Source of the DNA: Candidatus Methylomirabilota bacterium
Lineage (GTDB): Bacteria; Methylomirabilota; Methylomirabilia; Rokubacteriales; CSP1-6
Assembly: GCA_046726415.1 (NCBI GenBank)
Contig: JBKPAK010000333.1
Coordinates: forward strand, 1 to 24,011
DNA length: 24,011 nt
Reading direction: 5' to 3'
Shown here: in pieces, positions 7,670 to 14,425 of the stretch
How the letters are laid out: every line of letters begins with the position of its first letter
How positions within the stretch are numbered: position 1 is the first letter of the stretch
Position numbers and translations under genes: made by a program
The notes under the pieces: model-generated
Told to the model about the DNA's origin: nothing
The model's input: only the letters and a program-made list of their open reading frames with translations
Databases searched by the model: none

Positions 7670-8703
7670 CGGTGCCGTCCCGCAACGGCCCCCGCCCGCT
7701 ACCCTCACCCTTTCCTGACGGGTGGTTCCGCGTGGCCCGCTCGGGAGAGGTGCCGCTTCGCGCGGTGCGGCCCATCCACTACTTCGGGCGCGACCTCGTC
7801 CTCTTCCGCGGCGAGGACGGCCAGGTGCGCGTGCTCGACGCGCACTGCCCGCACCTGGGGGCCCACCTCGGACACGGGGGCACGGTCGAGGGCGACGCCC
7901 TGCGCTGCCCCTTCCACGGCTGGCTGATCGGGAGCGACGGGGCCTGCCGGCAGATCCCCTACGCGCGCGCCATCCCGGCGTGCGCACGGATCGGCGCCTG
8001 GCCGGTGCGGGAGGTCAACGGCCTCGTCATGGTCCATCACCACGCGCGGGGCGAGCCGCCGGCGTGGCAGCTTCCGGCGTTCCCGGAGCTCGAGAACCCC
8101 GCCTGGACGCCTCTGCAGTCCGGGCCGCGCTGGCGCATCCGCGCCCACATCCAGGACGTGGCCGAGAACGGCATCGACACCGCGCACATGCCCCTCGTGC
8201 ATGGCAACCAGACGGAGGCCATCACGAGCGAGGCGCTGGAGACGGACGGCCCGGTTCTCGTCCATCGCATGGCGCACCGGTACCGGCTGTTCCCCGTGGC
8301 GCGCTGGCTCGGCGCGCGCGTGACGGGGCCGCTGGAGGTCACCTACTACGGGCTCGGGGTCGCCGTCAACCGCGCCCGGGTGGAGGCCGGGCTCGATCTG
8401 GCCTATCTCTTCCTGTTCACGTTCACGCCCGTGGACGGGCACGAGGTGGAAGTCGACTCCCTGCTCAGCCTGCGGCGCGTCGTCAACCCCCTGGTGACGT
8501 GGGCGCTCGGCCGCAAGGCCCTCCGCGAGGGCCGGAGGACGATCGACCAGGACGTGCCGATCTTCGAGCACAGGATCCATCGCCCGGACCCGATCCTGGT
8601 CGAGGGCGACGGCCCCGTGATGAAGTACCGGCGCTGGGCGCGCCAGTTCTACTCGGCGCCGCCCGCCGCGGAGGTCGCGCTCGCCGGGACGGCGGCGCCG
8701 TAA
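7666..8703 (+). CDS. Rieske sterol oxygenase/desaturase, Neverland/DAF-36 (cholesterol 7-desaturase)-like, 345 aa
   Basis: ATG 7666 overlaps the smt stop (ATGA). LPSPFPDGWF, DAHCPHLGAHLG...CPFHGW, HIQDVAENGIDTAHMPLVH (Nvd-type ENxxDxxH) and C-terminal DxxIxxH...DGPVMKYRRWARQFY. Confidence 0.8.
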   Translation: MTVPSRNGPRPLPSPFPDGWFRVARSGEVPLRAVRPIHYFGRDLVLFRGEDGQVRVLDAHCPHLGAHLGHGGTVEGDALRCPFHGWLIGSDGACRQIPYARAIPACARIGAWPVREVNGLVMVHHHARGEPPAWQLPAFPELENPAWTPLQSGPRWRIRAHIQDVAENGIDTAHMPLVHGNQTEAITSEALETDGPVLVHRMAHRYRLFPVARWLGARVTGPLEVTYYGLGVAVNRARVEAGLDLAYLFLFTFTPVDGHEVEVDSLLSLRRVVNPLVTWALGRKALREGRRTIDQDVPIFEHRIHRPDPILVEGDGPVMKYRRWARQFYSAPPAAEVALAGTAAP

Positions 8704-8746
8704 TCCTCGCCGCACCATTCGCACGCAGGACGCGCGTCCAGGGCCC

Positions 8747-8820
8747 ATGGGGTACATCTTCGAGCCGGAGGTTCTGCACGAGGTCGTCCGGAGCGCCCTG
8801 CGGCCCGCCGCTGCCGCAGA
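8747..8820 (+). pseudogene. 5' fragment of an ERG2/sigma1-family C-8 sterol isomerase
   Basis: ATG 8747 gives MGYIFEPEVLHEVVRSAL..., resembling the YxFDPxxLHEI start of ERG2/sigma1-like proteins. At 8821 the sequence switches abruptly into the sdmA duplicate. Confidence 0.55.
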
Positions 8821-9398
8821 ATCATCGATAACGTCAGCGACTTCACGCACGCCTCGCTCCACCGCACGTACCAGCCTTTCACGGACGCCCGGCTGACCCG
8901 GTGCGAGAGGGGCTGCCTCTCGAAGCTCTTCGTGGACCGACGGCGGATCGACACGAATGCCATTGACCTCTGCTACGAGTATCCGTACCAGTGGTCCGAC
9001 ACCGACGGCAAGATCAAGCACTGGTGTTTCGTCCTGCCGGTCGACGAGTGCACCACCCGGGTCTTCTTCCTCTTCTACTTCTTCTACTCGAGTCGCTCAA
9101 CATCCCGCTACTACCTCTGCGCATCCCGCAGGTTCTGATGACGGTCGTCCTCCGGATCTCGAACCGCCTTCTGATCGAGCCGCTCCTGCGCCAGGACGGT
9201 TTCGCCGTCGAGGCCGAGCAGCGGGTCTATGAGCCCCACTGGGACCAGCCCGTCCCCGACCTCAACTCGGCCGGCGGGCTGTTTCATCAACTCACCATCC
9301 GCAAATGCGAGGAGCACTTGGCCTGTGCGATGGCCCGGCGTTTCACCGAATCGGGTGTGCCCTCGCAAGAGGGCGACCCAGCGGGCCAGGACCCGTGA
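8821..9398 (+). pseudogene. Partial, degenerate duplicate of the 3' half of sdmA
   Basis: Aligns to 3941-4555 and lacks the Rieske domain. It has a ~45-bp deletion near 8908, a short CTTCTA-type insertion near 9075 that shifts the frame, scattered substitutions and a diverged tail (ESGVPSQEGDPAGQDP vs ESGAPAGEDQPAGWAP). Confidence 0.9.
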
Positions 9399-9423
9399 GC
9401 TGGCGCGGACTGGGAAGGCGAGA

Positions 9424-10767
9424 TCAGCTGCTCCGGGCCACCCTGCACAACAACCCGAGGCTTGCGCGGGTCAGCCCGATCACCGCCGCGCGGCGCGAGG
9501 CCACCGACGACCCGCCGCTGTCGCCAGAGCGACGGGCCAGCCCGATCAGGGCATAGCCCACAGCGCGGACGTACTGCAGCGCCATCATCGACATCCGCCC
9601 CTCGTGCGTCGAGAGCAGGGCCATCGAGGCCGCGCGGCCCCGCCGGCTGCCCTTCCAGAACCGCAGAATGCCTTGCCGGAGGAGGCGCATCTCTGGCGTG
9701 TTCTCGGCGAAGGCACGGTAGAGGGCCTCGGCGAGGGCGATGCGCGTGCGCTCGGGGCCGGCTCGCAGGCGAGCGTAGTGACGTGTGGCGGCCTCGACGT
9801 CGCCACCGGCGTGCCGCAGCGTCGCACAGAGCCTGATGGCGTCCCGGGTGCACACGCTGAGACCGGTCGCGGTGAGCGGGTGGCAGCAGCCGGCCGCATC
9901 GCCGACGAGCGCGAGCCGACCTCGAAAGACAGTCTCGGGCAGGATCGAGTAGTTCGTAGACACCAGAGGGGTCTGGACGCTCATTGTGCCCCGGACCTGC
10001 CGCCGGAACGGCTCGGGCAGAGCATCGCAGTACGCCGCGTCGCGGAGCGGGGCCTCGACCCCGAGCGGGTTGCGGGGGACGTCGAACATCACTCGAGTGG
10101 TGTCGCCGCCGAGCCCGTAGGCAAGCACGGGTGCGGGACCGCCGAGACAGACGTTGCCGAAGCCAGGATACGGGAGCCGGACCCCGGGAACCAGATAGCC
10201 GATCATGCGCGAGATGCGGGTTTTTGCGAGACCGATCCCGGCCATCCGGCGCACGGCGGACATCGCGCCGTCGGCGGCGACGAGGAGGCGTGCACGGAGC
10301 TGTGCCTCGAGCCCGTCCCGCGCGACCGTGACCGTGGCGAAGTCGGCGTGGTCGAGGTCCACCCCGGTGACGCGGGCGCGGCGCCAGACGGTGACGTGCG
10401 ACAGCCGCTCGGCGGCTGCCAGCAAGGCGGCTGTCAGGTTTCCGTGCTCCATCGCGAATCCCTGCCGCCGCAGCCCGGGGATCTCGCCGTAGGGCAGGAG
10501 GTAGGCCTCCGAGGCGGCGTCGGGAAGCACCGCGAAGCCATGGACAGGCGCTGCGTCCGTCGCTTCGAGGCGATCGAGCAACCCTAGTCCGGCCAGGTCC
10601 GTCACCCCCGGCGGATGAAACAGCTCCCCAGCGAGGCGCTTGGTATTGTCTAGCCCGGGCTCGACCACGAGGACCTCGAAGCCGACCTCACGAAGGGCGG
10701 CCGCCACCGACACGCCGGCTATCCCTCCACCGGCGATCACGACGTCGATGAGCCATGAAGACATCAC
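9424..10767 (-). CDS. Squalene epoxidase (squalene monooxygenase), FAD-dependent
   Basis: GxGxxG (AGGGIAG), RLAGELFHPPG (squalene epoxidase RxxGExxxPxG), DG motif (VAADGAMS) and GD motif GDAAGCCHPLTATG. Sterol cluster context. Start is GTG 10767 or ATG 10764. Confidence 0.85.
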   Translation of the reverse strand: MMSSWLIDVVIAGGGIAGVSVAAALREVGFEVLVVEPGLDNTKRLAGELFHPPGVTDLAGLGLLDRLEATDAAPVHGFAVLPDAASEAYLLPYGEIPGLRRQGFAMEHGNLTAALLAAAERLSHVTVWRRARVTGVDLDHADFATVTVARDGLEAQLRARLLVAADGAMSAVRRMAGIGLAKTRISRMIGYLVPGVRLPYPGFGNVCLGGPAPVLAYGLGGDTTRVMFDVPRNPLGVEAPLRDAAYCDALPEPFRRQVRGTMSVQTPLVSTNYSILPETVFRGRLALVGDAAGCCHPLTATGLSVCTRDAIRLCATLRHAGGDVEAATRHYARLRAGPERTRIALAEALYRAFAENTPEMRLLRQGILRFWKGSRRGRAASMALLSTHEGRMSMMALQYVRAVGYALIGLARRSGDSGGSSVASRRAAVIGLTRASLGLLCRVARSS

Positions 10768-10768
10768 G

Positions 10769-10846
10769 CTATGCGCCCTCGCCGGGCCGTGGCCGCCCAG
10801 CTCCGTTTCGGTGAAGGCGCGCGTAGCGCGTGCAAAGCCCGTCGGC
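10769..10846 (-). pseudogene. Possible 3' remnant of an oxidosqualene cyclase
   Basis: Reads ...RYARLHRNGAGRPRPGEGA* with the stop 1 bp before the epoxidase start. The preceding bases CCGACGGGCTTTGCACG can be read with small indels as P-T-(W)-A-L-x, giving the cyclase C-terminal FPxWALxRY motif. Very short evidence. Confidence 0.3.
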
Positions 10847-11080
10847 TCCTACCACGCCGCCATCATCTGGCTGCCCGTTCACGCGGTAGGCTAAGCTACG
10901 CCGGCTGCACCTGCCGTGTCCAGCCGTCGGAGTCGTTGCCGGGCCCGGTTCCGAGCAACACAAGTGGTCAACTTATCCACTGAATCGCGATGCGCAGGGC
11001 AAAGGATGCTCCGCTAGGGACGGGTGGACAGCCCGGGATTCGTCGATTAAGACTTCGGTCGGGGCGGGCCGCTGGCCGGG

Positions 11081-12070
11081 TCACGCGAGCAGCTGCTGCT
11101 TGATGGCCACCAGACACCCGTTGATCACATCAGCAAAAGCAGGCGTGAGGTCACTGCTGGTACTGTTCGGGTCCACACTCATCCAGTTTGCGACAAAGCA
11201 GAACGTGACCGGCGTCGCCTTGACAACCATTTGCCCCGCATACGAAAGGGCGTGGAAGTCAGCCACGGTAGGGGAGTCAGCGAGCCAATCACCGCTGCCG
11301 CCCTTGGCGTACCCCACCGTATCATCGGGGAAAAACATGTTGGTCAAGTGGATGCGCTTGAATTCCGCGAGCGTTGCCGGCTTGGTGAAAAACCTGCCGG
11401 CAAGTGCACGCTTGTAGTACGACACGAGATCGTTGGCGCTGCTGGCCAAGGTCACCTGATCATTGAGCGGTGGTCTTGGTGGACCGAGAGAGTGGCCTGA
11501 CGCCAACACTTGCTGCACGCCGAACCAGCCGATATCCACGCCCAGTGGCGCGCCAACATTGTGGGAGAAGAAACGTCGTGTTGAATCAGGAATCAGCGTG
11601 GCACGCAGTCTCGCTGCGGCGATGAAGGACCGCACCCGATTTGGACCAACATGTAGCAGGGCGATGTCGGTTGCCGTGTCGTCGCTGTGGGTGATCAGCG
11701 CCTCTAAGATCGAGCGGGCCGGGGTCGTGCCCGTCAGGCTCAGGAGGACAGCGCTATCGCTACTACGAACGCTGTCATTCACGGGTAGCTGTTCATCCTC
11801 GGAAAGACGGCCTGCCTCGACGTCGCGGAGATACTGACAAACGATGAAAGTCTTGATTGCGCTGGCGACGAAGAGCTGAGCGGCTGCCGAGTCGGATGCC
11901 ACCTCGTTACGGCCGATATCGATGCGGAAACTCGTTGTTCCCGGAAACGCTTTGAACTGCTGAAGCCGCGTCTCCAGGTTGCGCGCCGGGCTCTTGGCCG
12001 ACGCAGGCCGTATGGCCGTCATGCCCGCAAGTGTTGCCACCATGAGTGCCCCGAAGCTTCGGCGATCCAT
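11081..12070 (-). CDS. Tat-exported serine hydrolase, class A beta-lactamase-like fold
   Basis: Twin-arginine signal MDRRSFGALMVATLAG...ASA, SxxK (ASAIK), SDD in the SDN position and KGG in the KTG position. GGAGG RBS. Visibly less GC-rich than its neighbours. Confidence 0.8.
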   Translation of the reverse strand: MDRRSFGALMVATLAGMTAIRPASAKSPARNLETRLQQFKAFPGTTSFRIDIGRNEVASDSAAAQLFVASAIKTFIVCQYLRDVEAGRLSEDEQLPVNDSVRSSDSAVLLSLTGTTPARSILEALITHSDDTATDIALLHVGPNRVRSFIAAARLRATLIPDSTRRFFSHNVGAPLGVDIGWFGVQQVLASGHSLGPPRPPLNDQVTLASSANDLVSYYKRALAGRFFTKPATLAEFKRIHLTNMFFPDDTVGYAKGGSGDWLADSPTVADFHALSYAGQMVVKATPVTFCFVANWMSVDPNSTSSDLTPAFADVINGCLVAIKQQLLA

Positions 12071-12475
12071 TCTTCCTCCCCCACGTGGTTAATTTCCGCT
12101 TACTTCGTCTGAGACCGGAGGGCCGGCGAGAACGGTGATAGCGAGGATCAGAGCGGCGAACATGCTCCTCATCGCGAGGCGCCGCGGGGGGCGCATTCGC
12201 TGCGTGCAGAGGGCCAGCGCGCTAGACTCTGCCACGACTCACTCGCCTCCGGGCGGTCTCAACGTACCGAACGCCGCAAACCGAACCGCCCGCCTTTCCA
12301 GGCCATTGCCGCAATGCTCCCGCTGGACGGCCGATGCCGGCGGTGCTAGAGTCCTGCCGATTCATGTCGAGAGCCTGCCGCGGCCCTTCTCGCGCCCGCC
12401 GGGGCCACCGGCAAGTGTTGCCTACGGTCGAAGCCCGTCCAACGGAATGACGCACATCGCTGGAAGGAAGGGTCC

Positions 12476-12956
12476 ATGACCAGAATCGTTTGCCTCGCTC
12501 GTCACTCTTGTTTGTCGTCCTCGCGAGCCTAGCCATGCTTGCTTCGCCGATCGAGAGGGCTCTCGCCGCGCCACCGAAGGTGGACACGGAGGCCGAGCCC
12601 TTCCAGCAGACGGTCACGAGAGACAGCACGGCAGATCCCGTTGCCGTTATCCAAATCGGAGTGCCCGCCGGCCGCGTTCTCGTTGTTGAGCATGTCTCCG
12701 CCCGGGCTTCGGTTCCGATCGGCCAGCACGTCACAGGCAGCGTGACCTGCCAAGGCCAGGATCTCGGCCTCGCGGATCATAGCCTGATCTTCAAGGATCA
12801 CGGGGCATTCGGCGCGGTATCGGCATTCGCGGCGACCCAGGTCATGAGGTATTTTGCGTCCGGAGCCGGTGGAATCCTGTTTGGCATTCAGCGCAACTCC
12901 AGCACGGGTTGATGACGGACATCGACGTGGCCCTTTCGGGTCACCTGCGGTGCTGA
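12476..12956 (+). CDS. Secreted hypothetical protein, apparently with two 1-base frameshifts
   Basis: Purine-rich RBS GGAAGGAAGG before ATG 12476. Restoring one C near 12480 gives MTQNRLPRSSLLFVVLASLAML...ALA (signal peptide) and a core EPFQQT...VPAGRVLVVEHVSA. Restoring one G near 12907 extends it by GLMTDIDVALSGHLRC* (stop 12954-12956). Confidence 0.55.
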
Positions 12957-13113
12957 ACACAGCGGGTACACGCGGAGCTGAACGTCCAAAGCGCTCGAGA
13001 CCAGGGAAGCCCCCAGAGTCCGAGGTGACCGCCCCCGCGAGATGGGCGAGGCTGTGGGATTGAATAGCGCGATCCGGAGCTCGGCAACGGGCTGCGACGC
13101 CCCAGAGGCTCTC

Positions 13114-14214
13114 ATGACTCCTCCGTCAGAACGCATGACGAGTGTGCCCGGCGCTCCGCGTGAGCTTACCCGAACCACGCTGGTGGTGCTGTTCATCGTG
13201 GGCCTGATCGCTGCCTCGTTCTGGATCCTGCGCCCGTTTCTTGCCGCGGCCATCTGGGCCACAATGATCGTGGTGGCGAGTTGGCCGCTGATGCTGCGAA
13301 TCCAGGCTCGGCTCGGGGGACGCCGTGCGCTCGCGGTCTCGGCGATGATCATCGTGCTCCTGCTCGTGTACGTCGTGCCGTTCGCTCTGGCCATCAACAC
13401 CGTCCTGGACAACGCGGAGCGGATCGCCGGCTGGGCCGAAGCGCTCGCGGTTTTGAAGCTGCCTCCCCTGCCAGAGGCGGTGCACCGGTTGCCCCTCGTC
13501 GGGGCGAGGCTGGCCCGCGCATGGGAGCAGGTCGCGGCGGCGAGCGCCGAGGACCTCGCCACGCGCCTGGCGCCATACGCGCGGGTGATGGTCCTGGGGT
13601 TCGTCGGCCAAATCGGCAGCTTCGGCAGGATGACCATCGAATTCCTGCTCACGACGATCATCGCGGCGCTCATGTACGCGCGCGGCGAGGTCGCGGCGCG
13701 GGCCGTGCTGCGCTTCGCCCGGCGGCTGGCCGGGGAGCATGGGGAGCGCTCGGCGCGGCTGGCCACCCAGGCCATCCGCAGCGTAGCCCTCGGTGTCGTC
13801 CTGACCGCCCTGATTCAGGCCATCCTGGGCGGCCTCGGTCTCGGGGTGGTCGGCGTTCCCTTCGCGGCGATCCTCACTTCAGTCATGTTCCTCCTTTCCA
13901 TTGCCCAGCTCGGCCCGCTGCCGGTGTTGCTTCCCGCCGTGATTTGGCTCTTCTGGAGAGGCGACTCGGGCTGGGGCACCGTCCTGCTCGGATGGACGGT
14001 GGTGGTGACCCCTCTCGACAACCTCCTCCGTCCCATTCTGATCAGACGAGGCGTCGACCTCCCGCTGGTGCTCATCTTCGCTGGCGTGATCGGCGGTCTC
14101 TTCGCATTCGGCCTCGTGGGAATTTTCGTGGGCCCGGTGGTTCTCGCGGTCGGCCAGACCCTTCTCGCGGCATGGGTGAGCGAGGCTGAGCCGCTTTCTA
14201 GTGACCAGGCCTGA
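13114..14214 (+). CDS. ydiK: AI-2E family inner-membrane transporter, YdiK-like
   Basis: Multi-pass hydrophobic protein with WILRPF, WATMIVVASWP, LATQAIRSVALGVVLTALIQ, DNLLRPILIRRG and GVIGGLFAFGLVGIFVGPVVLAV. Probable start ATG 13114 with GAGG RBS. Confidence 0.88.
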   Translation: MTPPSERMTSVPGAPRELTRTTLVVLFIVGLIAASFWILRPFLAAAIWATMIVVASWPLMLRIQARLGGRRALAVSAMIIVLLLVYVVPFALAINTVLDNAERIAGWAEALAVLKLPPLPEAVHRLPLVGARLARAWEQVAAASAEDLATRLAPYARVMVLGFVGQIGSFGRMTIEFLLTTIIAALMYARGEVAARAVLRFARRLAGEHGERSARLATQAIRSVALGVVLTALIQAILGGLGLGVVGVPFAAILTSVMFLLSIAQLGPLPVLLPAVIWLFWRGDSGWGTVLLGWTVVVTPLDNLLRPILIRRGVDLPLVLIFAGVIGGLFAFGLVGIFVGPVVLAVGQTLLAAWVSEAEPLSSDQA

Positions 14215-14425
14215 GGTCTGGCGACCCAGCTCGTGCAGGGACGGGTCGGGCGCCAGACGTGGCCGGCGGCGGTCGCTCGGCCCTGCCTAGTTCAAAGGTG
14301 GAGACGACCGGCTCCAGCCTTCCCGTGAAGCGAAATTCGCTGCGGTCCTTGTACAGCCCTGCCGGTTAACGTGTCTGGGCCGCCACGCGAGTGCTCGCCG
14401 CGTCACCCTCCTGGCGAGAGCGTGC

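Noticed and set aside
5081..9021. Long alternative ORFs (5081-7987, 7705-9021, 7722-8831)
   Set aside because: They are Arg/Gly/Pro-rich or antisense frames over well-supported genes, as expected in high-GC DNA.
1..10767. Hopanoid biosynthesis or steroid catabolism cluster
   Set aside because: Squalene epoxidase, CYP51, SMT and sterol reductases are anabolic sterol enzymes. No squalene-hopene cyclase, KstD, HsaA-D or KshB is visible.
1..10767. Eukaryotic contamination as the source of ERG-like genes
   Set aside because: Shine-Dalgarno sites, ATGA coupling, no introns, bacterial SdmAB-like genes and contiguous bacterial neighbours argue against it.
11081..12070. Bona fide class A beta-lactamase resistance gene
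   Set aside because: The SDN and KTG motifs are altered and no Glu166-type motif is evident.
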